Assembly (NCBI GenBank): GCA_030704615.1
Contig: CM060731.1
Coordinates: 9,548,001 to 9,612,000 of the forward strand
Source: Takakia lepidozioides
Lineage: Eukaryota > Plantae > Bryophyta
DNA: 64,000 nucleotides
Reading direction: 5' to 3'
In this document: positions 1-12,600 of the stretch, piece after piece
How positions within the stretch are numbered: position 1 is the stretch's first letter
How the letters are laid out: every line of letters starts with the position of its first letter
Position numbers and translations under genes: made by a program
Notes under the pieces: model-generated
What the model saw: only the letters and a program-made list of their open reading frames with translations
The model's database searches: none
What the model was told of the DNA's origin: nothing

Positions 1-2594
1 CCATTGGGAAGCATCCCAGTGATGGTGGCCGAAGATGAAACTGTTGTGAAGCGATTGGTACGTTGGATTGCTAGGGATGACACCCTTCTCGGGTTTTGTG
101 GGCTTCAAGACAACCATGTATGTATTTCAAATTTTGTGGTGCAAGTGGGAGAAGGGGAATCAGGGTACAAACATATTGTGGAGGCATTCAAAAACAATGT
201 GGTTGCCCATTATGCTAGAGTGTTGATAGCAAATCCTCTACATGTACGGTTACCTCGATTGGTATTGGTAATCCAGCTCACTTGCAATAGATTTGACAAC
301 AATTTTGTGAGATCACAATGGGAAGTGGTGAGACAGTTGTGGGACAAATATGTGAGGGACGTGGTTGGGCCTATAATTGGGCATGCTTCAGACGGAGATA
401 GTAGGAGGAGAAAAGTGATGTTAGAAGATTATGCCAATGGGGCTGGAAGTAGATTTTGCATCCCTTGGGAAGGATGGTTGTTTACAGGTCGAGTGTGCAA
501 CGGGGGAGATATATACGGACTCCATGATCAGGACTTCATCCACAATGGGGAAAATTTGGTAAATCCCTTGGACAGTGCATCACGGACTTTGGTGTTGGGT
601 GATGAGGTTGCTACATTGAATCATGTGTTATTGGTCTACCATTCATTTTCAGTGGACAAGCATGGACTTCGGGAATGTGATATCAAAAGAGAAGATCGAC
701 AGAATTGGGCAGCAGCTCAACGACTGGCATCTCGGAAGGTGCAAGCTTGTTTGAGGGAGTTACAATCAACTGTGAATCATCGAAGAGAGAGGACCAAAGG
801 TACTGAAATTTACCTATACATCATTTCATGCTACATCGACATTTTTTTGTCTCCTCACATGTCATTGTGTGAGAGGGTACAATCTGCTGCGAAGGTATCA
901 TTTTTTTTCAGATTGTGGAAGTTGTGGCTATTCCACCACGAGGTGTATAATCTGAAATCCTTCTTCATTAGCAGGGAAGCATACTTGGATTTACAAATTT
1001 CATGCCACTACGTGGTTCTACTTATCAAATTGTTCGAGGATAAGTTTAATCATGTGCAAGTTCCTTTGAGCCTTGTTGGTTCAGATGTGTGTGAAATATT
1101 CTTCAGCAAAGTGGGAGGTATGTTACGGAATGAGAGGACATATGACGGGTGTGATTTGATTGAGAGTGCGGGAGCATTAACACGCATATCCGAGTTCGAG
1201 GCGAATCCAAAAGGACCCAAGTTCTCAAGAGCTCACAAGAAACAAGAACACATATGGTCTTCTTTGGAGAAGAAGCCAGGTATCCCCCTTGCTGATTTGT
1301 CCGACTTTTCTACTGTCCAATTGGATGATTGCATTGTGGAGGCTTTGAAAACTGGATTTCTAGAAGCGCAACTTTTATGCCATAAACTTGGGATGAAACC
1401 AAACAAAGCAACAAACTTGGATTGGTGGAATGAGCCATGGACAATTGAGAGACAAATGGAGGTCGAGCTATTCAAAAGCATGGAAGAGGAGGGTGATGAT
1501 GTCAATGCCATAGATTCTATTTGTCCTCTTAATGCAGACACACATATTCAAAATGAGGTCGTGGAAGATGAATTGGTGTGCGGGCATTCGAATTCAATGG
1601 AGGATGTTTTGAGCCAACCTTTGGATGATCATGCGGAAGAGGTACTTGTTCAAAGTGAATTGAGACATACTCTGGATGCTGTCATTGATGAGTTTGAACA
1701 AGAGAAAGATGGATCGAAGGCAGTGGTTCCATTTGTCAAAGTAGACGGGAAGACCATATTCAAAAGCACTTTGGTTAGCCAACTCAATGGCAACCCTACT
1801 CTATCCAAGGATAGATTGACACGAGTAAGAAGTGCATCGATGTTGTTTTGCCGAGAAAACAAACCAACTACCAACAACAAAGCCACGAGCTTGGGATTGG
1901 GTTCGGATTGTGCTGTATTTTTTGTTGATGGGGAGACTGCGATCCAAACTACAAACAGGAAAAGTAGACCAGGGAAAACCTGCAGAGGAGCAACCAAAGG
2001 CACTTGGTATTTGGGCAGGGTTCAAAGAATGCGGAAGAAAATCAATAAGCGGTTTGTAGAATGTAGGGATTCTGTTGATTTATTGGAGCGTCCTTCTCAT
2101 ATGGAGATTGGGTTAGCATGGTACCAAAAATTCGAGGAGGGGTCTATACGTACGATTTGACGGATAACATGATGGTTGATTTGGATTCCATTATCGCGTT
2201 AGCATGTTTAAAGTACAATGTCAAGTCAAACACATATGTTCTTGATACAAATGACCGAAAAGTCTTTGACAACTTTATCAAAGGCAAATAATTTTTTTAA
2301 TTAATTTGTTAGATTTTATTATATTTTAAATAAATAAATTCGATATAATATAAAAACATACATATACATATTGGAGAGTTATTTTTAATGATGAAAAATG
2401 AGAATATACATACAGAAGGGGGTACTTTCCAAAAATTGTAAATTTTTGTATATTTACAGGAGGGGATTTTATAATCTTCAAAAAGTATGTACAGAGGGGG
2501 TATAAATTATCCAAGGACCCGTATACATGGGGTTTTTTTATTAGGCGACGAACGCACGTGATACGCACAGTTTATAAAGAGTGCACCCCCCGGG
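1..2594 (+). mobile_element. P-superfamily (THAP9-like) DNA transposon, copy A; 5' part lies outside the window
   Basis: Near-identical inverted copy of 28130-30440. Ends in GAGTGCACCCCCCGGG (2579-2594), one mismatch from the TIR of copy B. Subterminal TACAG(A/G)AGGGG-type repeats at about 2410-2500. Confidence 0.85.
4..2160 (+). CDS. P-element-like DDE transposase, catalytic and C-terminal part (N-terminus outside window)
   Basis: 718-aa ORF with AEDET (first D), HASDGD (second D), DFIH (D(2)H motif), DRQNWAAAQRLAS (insertion domain) and SDVCEIFFS (catalytic E), in the order seen in P/THAP9 transposases. Confidence 0.75.
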   Translation: MGSIPVMVAEDETVVKRLVRWIARDDTLLGFCGLQDNHVCISNFVVQVGEGESGYKHIVEAFKNNVVAHYARVLIANPLHVRLPRLVLVIQLTCNRFDNNFVRSQWEVVRQLWDKYVRDVVGPIIGHASDGDSRRRKVMLEDYANGAGSRFCIPWEGWLFTGRVCNGGDIYGLHDQDFIHNGENLVNPLDSASRTLVLGDEVATLNHVLLVYHSFSVDKHGLRECDIKREDRQNWAAAQRLASRKVQACLRELQSTVNHRRERTKGTEIYLYIISCYIDIFLSPHMSLCERVQSAAKVSFFFRLWKLWLFHHEVYNLKSFFISREAYLDLQISCHYVVLLIKLFEDKFNHVQVPLSLVGSDVCEIFFSKVGGMLRNERTYDGCDLIESAGALTRISEFEANPKGPKFSRAHKKQEHIWSSLEKKPGIPLADLSDFSTVQLDDCIVEALKTGFLEAQLLCHKLGMKPNKATNLDWWNEPWTIERQMEVELFKSMEEEGDDVNAIDSICPLNADTHIQNEVVEDELVCGHSNSMEDVLSQPLDDHAEEVLVQSELRHTLDAVIDEFEQEKDGSKAVVPFVKVDGKTIFKSTLVSQLNGNPTLSKDRLTRVRSASMLFCRENKPTTNNKATSLGLGSDCAVFFVDGETAIQTTNRKSRPGKTCRGATKGTWYLGRVQRMRKKINKRFVECRDSVDLLERPSHMEIGLAWYQKFEEGSIRTI

Positions 2595-2850
2595 GATCCA
2601 CCTAACGAGCTAACTTACAGAATTCAATATGCATCTCAGGGCCGAGTTTGATGAGAGGGTAAAACAGGCAGAAATAGGTTGAAGAAGAAGGTGCCCTCAC
2701 CACATTGTCGACCTTGACCTTGTGTCATGACCCATGGAGGATTTGACAGACCATCAACCCAAAGAACCTCTTGTGTGTGCTGCTTGTGTCCATCGTCAGG
2801 AACTGTCGGATTGGTTTGTGAGAACCACTACGGTGCAGCTGAGCAGGCAG
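2595..2850. repeat. Copy of the repeat found inside transposon B (33435-33540, 34715-35090, 36605-36644)
   Basis: GATCCACCTAACGAGCTAACTTACAGAATTCAAT...GAAGAAGAAGGTGCCCTCACCACATTGTC and ACGGTGCAGCTGAGCA recur inside copy B. Confidence 0.75.
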
Positions 2851-3206
2851 AGATTGAAACACGGCCTACTAAGACCAATCTCTCTCCCAAGAACCTTGTA
2901 AACATCAGGAAGAATACCAAATCATGGTACTAACAGGAGCCAACAGCCCACATTTGTAGGATTGACAAACTTCTTCACATCGTACATTAAGAAAAATGCA
3001 CCATGTCTCTATATCCGTCAATGGTTTTATTTCGTTTTGAAATCATATAACTCCTGTGACCACGGTTTAAAAACATAAAACCCCCATGACCGTGGGTTGT
3101 GCTCACGTTCTATCAACCCCCATTTGACACCACTCAGCCCAACTTAGAGCAAACGTAAAAAACTGCCTGGAAATTTCCTTTGTTGGCTCTTTTGTAGAGA
3201 GAAACT

Positions 3207-4593
3207 AGGCATCATGTTCAAGTCAACAGAGAAAATGTGGTCAAAGGATCTTACACCGAATCAATGCACCAAATTGGTGTGTTGTGCTCACTCATGCTCC
3301 CTAGTCCTAACTTCCTCTTATATTTTGCCAAAGCAAGAGAGTCCATTGTCATTGGAGGGCTTGTTGAAATAGTTACCTTCTCATATGGGAAATTTGGAGC
3401 TGCCTTACGTCAGGTCTAAGACATATAGGGCCTTACGAAATTCCATGACGATTTTTCTATTAGGGGGAGAAGGTGAAGGGGCAGGTTGGTTTTATTTCCG
3501 TATAGGGGAAGGGCAGCTGATGAGGCCCTTCTGCCGTTTAAGAATACGTGAAAGAGGGCAGTAAAGAACTGCCAAGAAAATTCCTTTGTATTTAATCTTG
3601 GGGTACATTTCACTTGGCGGATGATCCGAGTCATTTGGCCCCATAGTGTGTGCCATTCCAATGATGTGGAATGGACTGGTCAGATTTTCTTTGTTCCCAA
3701 TGCTAGCTGAAAATGTATTTGCCTTGCAAATCTGGAAAGATTTGGACAATTCTTTCATGCAGGGCAGTTAATTTGGACATGTCTCTAGTGGACGGCCCCT
3801 CTTTTCAAGCTACTGTCCTGGGCATTAGGCCCCGCGAATCCAAAAGGCCCTCCACTCTTGAGGACTTCCCCTAAGTTAGACAAAATATGCCCTCCAAACC
3901 TCAACACCACTAGATGATGTGGCCTACTTCATATAACATGTTTTGCAGGTGGACATGGCATCATTTTTGGAAAATGTGCCTAAAACTTGCAAACATTTGT
4001 GCGAAAATTGTGAAAAATACCAAAATGTCCAAATATGTGGAAACAATGCCTAAATTGTATTATTTAAAGTCCAAAAAATGGCTACAATTTAAAATTTCAT
4101 GTCCACACAATTTCCAAAGGGCCCTACATTGATGCAACTACATCCTCATAAGTAGAATCACCTAGCTCATATGAAACTTCTTAATCTAAGAGAATGTGTT
4201 TTTAAAAAGAAAATTACCTCAACAATAGTTTTTGATGGAGGTCAAAAATAATTGTTCATTATGTTATTTTCTTATGGACATGGGTGCCTTTGGATAAGAA
4301 CCGTAGATCCTTGATAAGAGTGGATGAATGTTTACTCAAACCAACTATTAAGACGACAAGGCATCATGTTCAAGTCAACAGAGAAAATGTGGTCAAAGGA
4401 TCTTACACCGCATCAAGGCACCGATTGGTGTGGTGTGCTCACTCATGCTCCCTAGTCCTGCCTTCCTCTTATATTTTGCCAAAGCAAGAGAGTCCATTGT
4501 CATTGGAGGGCTTGTTGAAATAGTTACCTTCTCATATGAGAAGTTTGGAGCTGCCTTACGTAAGGTGTAAGATATATAGGGCCTTACGAAATT
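3207..4593. repeat. Two direct copies of a ~235-bp sequence (3207-3442 and 4359-4593)
   Basis: AGGCATCATGTTCAAGTCAACAGAGAAAATG...GGGCCTTACGAAATT occurs twice. The second copy is cut at GAAATT by the gypsy LTR. Confidence 0.9.
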
Positions 4594-5109
4594 TGTCGTG
4601 CGCATACATATCGCTACACAACTACATCGCTGTCCAAAACCACACAACACATGTGCACGCCACACACTAGTATATCACTAGTCCACCACTAGTCCAACCA
4701 CTAGTCCAACCACTAGGCTACAACTAGTCAGTCACTAGGCTGCCACTATGCTGCCCACTATGGCAGTCACTAGTCCACACAATGATAAAGAGGAAGAATA
4801 CAAGCACAAGCTCATGCGAACTCACAAAGCTGAAGCATAAACTCATGCATATATAACCTCATCACTCAAATACAAGTCAAGCCAAGTGCACCCCACGCCA
4901 TGGGGAATCCACACTACGGCGCCGTAGCTAGGCACGGTGAGGCTCAACTCGAGAAAGATGAGCCTCCCACGCTTGCCGTGAAGATAACCACTCCAGGGCC
5001 TAAATCTGCCTTGACCCCTGGATTGACACTTGGGCCAATCCCAAATGTCAATATGTAAAAGCTAGCTATTTCCTAGCTAGTTTCACACTAGTGGTAAAAT
5101 AACTTGACA
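4594..5109 (+). repeat. LTR-like unit (TGTC...GACA, 516 bp), followed after a 2-nt spacer by a partial second copy (5112-5276)
   Basis: TGTCGTG start and CTTGACA end, TATA-like CATATATAAC near 4848, internal CCACTAGT subrepeats. The first ~165 bp repeat at 5112. Confidence 0.8.
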
Positions 5110-5277
5110 GCTGTCGTGCGCATACATATCGCTACACAACTACATCGCTGTCCAAAACCACACAACACATGTGTACGCCACACACTAGTATATCACTAGT
5201 CCACCACTAGTCTAGCCACTAGTCCAACCACTAGGCTACAACTAGTCAGTCACTAGGCTGCCACTATGCTGCCCACG

Positions 5278-6080
5278 ACCACCGTAACACTTCTCGGGAT
5301 CATCCTGAGGCCGATGGCTTGGCAGAGAGAGTGGTACAGACGGTGAAGAGGGGTTTGTGCAAGTATGGCTTGCAAAAATGACACTTAGGAGATTGGGATC
5401 TTCAGGTACCTTGGCTAGCCATGGGCTACAGGTTTAGCAAGCAAGCATCACTTGCCTCCTTCTCACCATGTTTCCTTTTCTTTGGCCGAGAGCCAGATTT
5501 GCCTGCGTTTATTCGTAGGGAGGCTGCAGTAGTCCTCAACCTTGATGATCCGGATGTGTGGACACAAGCATGTGCCCAACGGGCAGAGTTGTTCAAGAGA
5601 GTCATGCCTATGGCTTTTGAGAATCTTGCTATTGCCCAACACCGAGACACATTGAGATATGCCACTATACGTGGAGGGGGATATCGACCAGGTGTTCGGC
5701 GTTTCCACCTTGGGGATTATGTGTATCTGCAGCAGACAGCGCCTATGACCTTGGATGTCACAGCAGGACGTGTGATTCTAAGGGTCAGGGAGGTGTTGCC
5801 TTCAGGAGTGTTGATTCTGGAGGGTCGAGATGGCATGGTATGGAAGGACCATGTGCGTAATTGTGCGCCATGTCACCTTCCACATGTGGATGGGAGGATA
5901 GATCCCAACCTTGCAGTGATACCTGCAGGATTGCGTTGCATGCTATGTGGGCATGCTCGTGGTGCCGCCACTATGCTGGTGTGTGATCGATGCTCAAGAG
6001 GTTGGCACATGGGATGCTCGACACCACCTCTTGAGAGGGTTCCTGATGGAGATTGGTTGTGTCCACACTGCTTGGGATAG
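5278..6080 (+). pseudogene. Gypsy integrase C-terminal half with C-terminal PHD finger
   Basis: HRNTSRDHPEADGLAERVVQTVKR (catalytic E region), one stop near 5378, then CMLC...MLVCDRCSRGWHMGC...VPDGDWLCPHC, a C4HC3 PHD finger. Confidence 0.85.
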
Positions 6081-6089
6081 TGGCAGTAG

Positions 6090-7844
6090 ACAAAATGCCC
6101 CAACTCCTCATGGGCATGCCGCACTAACCGTGCACGCTGTGTGGGGTGAGGCACAATCCTCACCTGACCATCCTCCCACACTCGAAGTAGGTGTATCCCC
6201 TCCTACTTGAACCTCTTGGCTCGTTGCAGGATCCGATCCCTCTCCCTGACAGTCACAGTGGCTGTCGTGTTTCCTGTGCGGAGATAGTCCAACACAGCTG
6301 AATCCTCATGTATATCTCTGGCACCACCTGGCTCATCACTAGCCTTAGGGTCCTTAGACACTCCGTCTACAGTCATCCTTGTTGTAGGTCCAACCTGACC
6401 TCCCGATGCCAAGATACACAAAAATGCAGATGCGTGCCATCCCGACACCATCTCCTCGTCTCTCACCATGCCACCGAGCTCCAGTGTCATCCTGCTGGCT
6501 CGTGCATGGATTGCAATTCAATCCATCCGCATCCCGATTGACCAAACCCGGTCGATGCACAACCTAAAAGTCATACTCCTAGAGTATGAGTGCCCACCGT
6601 GCAAGCTTCCCCGTAAGCTTGTCTGACTCCATCAACCACTTGAGTGGCTGGTGATCCGTGACAAGGATGAAAAAATTGCCGTATAGATAGCACCTGAAGT
6701 GTGTCACGGCCCACACTGCACCTAAGCACTCTCCCTCATATGAGTTGTACTTAGCCTATGCAGCGTTGTTCGAGCGGCTAGCATAAGCCACTACAAACTC
6801 TCTTCCCTCATCATCCACATGTGTGAGCACCGCTCCAAGCCCCAACATGCTCCAATCCGTATGCAGCTGAAAGGGACGCCCCCTGATAGGTCGTCTCAGG
6901 ATAGGCGCCGAGGTCAACCTCGCCTTGAGCTCTTGAAAAGCTCGTTCCTGCTCATTTTCCCACTGCCACTCCTGGTCCACCTTGGTCAGCTTGGTTAGAG
7001 CCTTTGCAATGGTACTAAATCCCTTGACATACCGTCTATAATAGTTTGCCAACCCCATGAAAGCTCGAACTCGGCTCACATCCGTGGGGCGTGGAATTTG
7101 TGCAATGGCCTCTACCTTAGTCTGCTGTACCCCCAATCTTCCAGGATATATCATGTGACCCAGATACTCAATGTGGTTGTGGAAAAACTTGCACTTCCCC
7201 GGATGCAACTTCAATCCGTGCGCTCTCAAGCGCTTCAATACCACCTGAAGGTGTCTCTCATGCTCCTCCACCGTAACACTAAAGATGATGATGTCATCTA
7301 TGTAGCACCGAGCAAAGTCCACCCCTGCTAGAATCCTATCCATGACTCTCTGAAACTCTGCAGGAGCATTCTTAAGCCCAAATGGTAAGAACCGCCACTG
7401 ATATAGGCAATCCTTGCCGTGCTCATTGATCCCCCAGAATGCCGTTTTCTGCTTGTCCGCCTCCTTGATTGGCAACTGGTGATATCCGGATCGTAAATCC
7501 AAAGTGCTAAAGACCTTAGCATGCCTGATGGCATCAAAGATCTCCTCTGGTGTTGGCATGACATACTTATCGGACTTGGTCTGACGATTTACAGGCCGGT
7601 AATCACCGCACATACGTCTCTCCGTCCAATTGCCATAGACATCCTTCTTGGCTGACATCACTGTGGCTGAAGCATATTCTCCACCAGAGAGCTCTACCAA
7701 ACCTGCCTCCCAGATATCTTGAGTCCGCATCTGAATCAAAGACCTCTCCATGTCACTGTATCTATAGGGTCTCCGAAAGATTGGCGTGTTAGTGGCCAAC
7801 TCAATACGGATCTCTTGACCCTTCAGTGCTCCCAAATCCTTCAA
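6090..7844 (-). pseudogene. Gypsy reverse transcriptase, RNase H and start of the integrase HHCC
   Basis: RMCGDYRPVN, LDLRSGYHQ, PFGLKNAP, YIDDII, HTDWS, VAYASR, TDHQPL, HAHEELGHF. Several in-frame stops. Confidence 0.95.
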
Positions 7845-8309
7845 ACTGAAGGCAAAGCAATTCCTGTAAGCCCTCAGGAACCGCTGTATACGTCGTCTCT
7901 CTCCTCCGGTGACAATGGGTCCAATATTAGGCTCCCAATTGTCCTCCGTAACTGCAACCTTAAGTCCAGTGGGCTTAGAGGTAGAGGACGCGTCCAGTGG
8001 TTGCTATGTTGCAACCTCTTGAGCAGTATTCCCTATCTGCTCAGTCAGTGACAAGGCTTCATCCTGCCCCATCATCTCATCCTCAAGGACTTCCTCCACC
8101 CGAGAAAAATCCCCAGCCTCATCTATCACAGCCGCCTTGGCTGCCAACTCCCTTTGAACCTTGAGCACCTCCCACGTGTGTCATGGATGTCTACACCCTG
8201 TGGTCCTCACCGGCTCGCACCCACTCACTGCCTGTACCATCTCGGTAGGCAGAGAGACCGTCAAGGGAAGTGCACTCCGCACTCTTTGTTGCTCAGCCAT
8301 AGCCAAGCT

Positions 8310-9250
8310 GATAATCCAGGTCAAGCAATTTAAATCCATTGCTTGCCCCAACACCTGACGACGTGATGCCTTAGAAAGAGAAGGCACCGCCGTGGTCCCA
8401 GTGGAAAAAACCCATAGCCCGCTCTCGCTCGTCGGCATTAGGCTCCACTAATTGCTGCAACTGAGCATCCCACAAGAGGCCAGGTCCATTATCCCGGAAA
8501 GCATGCGATCATGGGAAGCTGAGCAGTGTAGGTAGTGATGCTCGTGGTTGACCCACCTTGTTGACCACTGCCAAAGGCGAATGGTCATCGTGTCTCACAC
8601 GCTGAGACTGCCTCCCTGTGTCCAAAATGCTATCTACTGTGAGGTGTGCTGGCCGTTGCACCCCATCAAATGCACGCTTAAGCAGTGCGGGTGACATCAA
8701 GTTAGTCCACCATAACCGTGGACGATGAGCCCGTGACCCCACTACAGCTGCATCCAGCAACACTGTTGACCCAAGCCACGACCGGACTTGATGCACACTG
8801 GCCATCACCCTGGCCCGAGAATCGCCCATCAGTGGCATATTCTCCAAGATGTATGCTGGAGATATAGCCTGATGAAGCTGTAAGTGGCGCAAAATCCGCA
8901 CCATCTCCCAAAACAGACCCGACATTGAGTCTCGCAATCCATTGTCATGCCCGGCTGATAAATACCCTCGGCAAGGCCAACCTGCCACTACCAAATCAAT
9001 GAAGCCAACCCGCTCCAAATCCTGCGCCCCCAGCAAAGAGATGTCTGCTGGCAAGGCCTGCTGATATCCACGAACCGCAGACACCGGCAACAACTCAGGG
9101 TACTGCTGAGCAATATGACGGAGTGAGACGCGTCGTGTAGTCTCATCCCTCTCCACATATAAGTAATGCCGAACTCGTACACTTGCCTGTAACACAGCAG
9201 CCAATCATATGCTGATCCCGCCAAACAAGTCTAGAAGACAAATGCCTTCA
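8310..9250 (-). pseudogene. C5-cytosine DNA methyltransferase domain (DNMT3-like) inside pol
   Basis: Motif I LDLFGGIS (~9210-9235), motif IV DLVVAGWPC, motif VI LENM, motif VIII AHRPRLWWTNL, motifs IX-X FSTGTT...SRRQVLGQAMD (~8340-8410). Interrupted by stops and a frameshift. Confidence 0.88.
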
Positions 9251-9387
9251 TCCGGATACTGCCACACAATAGGTGTGATCAATGGAGACAACTGAGGTGG
9301 TCCTGGTGCAATCCCCGCACTCTCCTCCTCTCCTGACGGTACAAAAGCCTCCACCCAGGCTTGTTGCATCCGTCGATCAGCATCCCG

Positions 9388-10518
9388 CTACAAATCCTTG
9401 CTCGTCCCCCACAATGGAGTCTGAGCAACCATGGTAGGCACCTCCGCCATACCATACATGTCATCCTGCTCTCCCGGAGGTGGCACATCTTCTGAATGAG
9501 CGTTGCCCTCAAGCAACTCTCTAGGCCAACTCACTGCCGCTATGAATGCTGCTAGTGTCGGCATCTTGCCTCGCTGGGCAACCGCAACTCCTCCTATGAA
9601 CGTCACAGGGAGCTGCACATGCCGGCCCTCCCCTAACTGCCATCTAGGCCTATAGGAAGCTGACTCCTCCCAAAAATCCAGGGTGAAGCCCATGGGGTAC
9701 AACACTGCCCCACCAACCAGGACATCGTATGAGACCGCGTCTGTCACAATGGCCTTGGCTCGCATCACTGAGGAGCCATCTGTAGGGTGATCCGGCCATA
9801 GTCTGATAGCCAATTCATGTCGTGTCATGCCTCGAGCCTGCTCCGATCCTCCCAAAGACGTTTGTATCTGGAAATGACAAGGCTCCATATCCGCCTCCGT
9901 GAGGCCCAAGCCTGCAATAGCAGCTCTGCCCAACATCAATGGCTGAGCTCCCGAGTCCAACAAGACCCGCAGTGGCCGGTACCTCTTGCCTGCCGGTCCA
10001 CTCAAACAGAAAATGTCATCCTGGTTGTCTAACATGACAACTCCAGGTGTAACCATGGCGCGCTCAATGGCTGGCCTAGCTGGCAGCTCCATCAACCTGA
10101 CAGCTGCAGCTTGCCATGGTGCCGCCGTGGCAGTCTTGATCCTCAAATCCGAGGATCCCTCCGGCACTACACCTCCCACTATCTCCGCAGAAGATGAAGT
10201 AACCTCCCCACTCTCACAGAGTGTAGCTGCCAGCCTGAACACCTCAGCTGGTCTTACCCCCGGCGTCGCAATCATGGTAGCCGAGAACAATAGAGCCGGG
10301 CACACAGATGCGGCCGCTCCTAGCAGTGCACTAGCTGCCGTAGCCTTGGCAACACTAGGTAGTGGTGCTACCCGTGTAGCTCTCTCCAATGGCATAGTAA
10401 TTGCCGCCTCGGTAACAGTCAGGCGAGAACTAGGTTCCATGGATGGCGTCGACACTGTCTCCGCCAATGTGAATGACTGAGGCCTCCCCACGCTGTGGAT
10501 CCAACTCCACCTTTGCAC
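9388..10518 (-). pseudogene. Gypsy aspartic protease region
   Basis: VLLDSGAQPLMLG active-site motif and YDVLVGGAVL flap-like motif. Confidence 0.8.
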
Positions 10519-10864
10519 CTCATGGCTCAGGAACTCGTGCTGATCCTTGAGTCACGGCTGCAACAGACTCCACCTGCACTAGTGGTAGTGCTGCTCCGCA
10601 CATGAATCCAATGCCTCCCATATCTCCTCCCTCAGGAACAGGAGGTGGACCATCCGGCCTTGGAGCCGGTACCACCTGAGCTGTAGCCATGGCAGCGAGC
10701 CTCTGCTCTAGCTGCTGAAGCCGGTTGGCCATGCCTTGGTCAACACCCTGACCTCCGTGTCCTTGGCCATGTTGAGCTTGCCCTTGGCCTGCACCTCGTG
10801 CCTGGCCACCTCGTCCTCTCTGGGCTGCTCCACCTCGCCCCCGGCCACCATTGTTCCCTTGGAA

Positions 10865-12063
10865 CTAGCCTGGGCGCAACTCAGGATGCAAACCATAACA
10901 CTGGGCCTCTCCATGCCCGTGCTTGCCACAATGCCCACACTGCAACTGTGCAGGCTGTGCATGTGCCGGCCCTTTGCCTCCCTCTGGGCAATCCTTCTTG
11001 ACATGGGGTCCTCCACATGTCCAGCACACCACATCCGCCCGTTGTTGGCCAACAAATGAAGGGAGAGACCCCTGCATCTGAGGTTCTCTCTACCCTTCCC
11101 TGAGCTTCACCTGAGCCCCCTTGTTGCACGTTGAGGTAGTGGTTGGCTAGGAGCACCACTACCCTGTGGTGTCTCCTTAGCAAATCCCACCATGACCACT
11201 CGTTCCTCCAGCATGTTGAGCTCTATCCGCTCTGCCAGCAAAAACACATTTGCTAAGGTGGGTTGGGCCGCTTGTAGGAGAGTTGCATCCCGCACCCTTC
11301 TCCTCAGCTCCTTGTCCAATATCCCATACCAGAATTGGACTGCCTGAGCTTCCGTAACCCCTTGGGTTACATTTATCAAGCGCCTCATGCGAGTGAAAGC
11401 CTCCCTCAAGCTCTCAGTCGGCTTCCGTTGGAACTCTTGCAAGCTCTGCAACTTCTCTGTCCTCACCCCTTGGTAGTTCTCTCTTAACTCTTCGAAGAAC
11501 TCCACAACAGGGTTGAAGGCAGGCACCGCCACTGGTGCTGGTGCAGCAGTAGCTTGGGTGGACGTCGTAGCTACGGTATCACCAGTCCCACTAGTCCCAC
11601 TGCTGCTTGCTGAAGCTGCCGGTGCAGTGGCAGGTGTAGCCACTGCCCTCATGGCTCTAGTGCCCCTAGTGATAGAGACATAGTCGGGTGACCGGTACAT
11701 CCTCCACTCCTCAATCTCAACCTCATGCCCCCGCCTGAACTCATGGTAATCATCCATAGGCGGCCCCTCAAGGTGCTGAAACAGCCCCTTCCATGCCATG
11801 AAAGGCGTAAATAGTTGTGGATTGTGCATTTGCTGCAAATCATACCAACTATCAAACTCTTGGATAAAATCATCCAACTCGATGGTGCCCACTGCCCCAT
11901 AGTACCTTCGTGGCCCCTTGGTAGCTCCATAGATCTCCTCCATTGTGTCCCACAACAATGGCAAGGAAACAATTTGCACCGCCGGTGTGAGTCCTCCTGA
12001 TTCACAATCTGAATCAGAACCTTTCGTAGAAGACACAAGAGGTGAAGGTGGCCTAAACCGCAC
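10865..12063 (-). pseudogene. gag (capsid domain and two CCHC-type knuckles), frameshifted
   Basis: LQEFQRKPTESLREAFTRM capsid-like segment; CWTCGGPHVKKDC and CGHCGKHGHGEAQC. Confidence 0.8.
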
Positions 12064-12214
12064 ACCTCATCTCGTGTACCCACTAGTATCGCTAGTGCTC
12101 GAACCGGCACTGTCCCCAGCAACTAGTAGCACCTCCGTGTTGACAAACTGTCACTCAACCGATCATGAACATGTCCCTAACCCCCTCTCCACAAAGTAAC
12201 TGGGTAGAGAACCT

Positions 12215-12600
12215 GTGGCGGGCTGTGATAGGCTGCGCCCTGTGGCCTGTGGGGCTGTGAGGGGCTGTGAGGGGCTGTGACAAGCTGTGCCCTATGGCCT
12301 GTGGGGCTGCGACGGGCTGCGACAGGCTGTGGCCTTTGGGGCTGTGACCCCTGTGACCTGTGTAGGGCTGTGAGGGGCTGTGACAGGCTGTGCCCTGTGG
12401 CCTATGGGGTTGTGACGGGCTGTGACGGGCTGTGACAGGCTGTGGCCTTTGGGGCTGTGACCCCTCTAACCTGTGTAGGGCTGTGACGGGCTGTGACATG
12501 CTGTGGCCTTTGGGTCTGTGACCCTTGTGACCTGTGTAGGGCTGTGAGGGGCTGTGACAGGCTGTGACCTGTGGCTTTTGGGGCTGTGACGGCTGTGACC
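12215..12600. repeat. Degenerate GGGCTGTGA(C/G) minisatellite upstream of gag
   Basis: Many ~10-bp GGGCTGTGAC/GGCTGTGGCC units with higher-order repetition. Confidence 0.9.

Noticed and set aside
4670-4780. Short CCACTAGT repeats as a CRISPR-like array
   Set aside because: Eukaryotic LTR subrepeats with no unique spacers and no cas genes.
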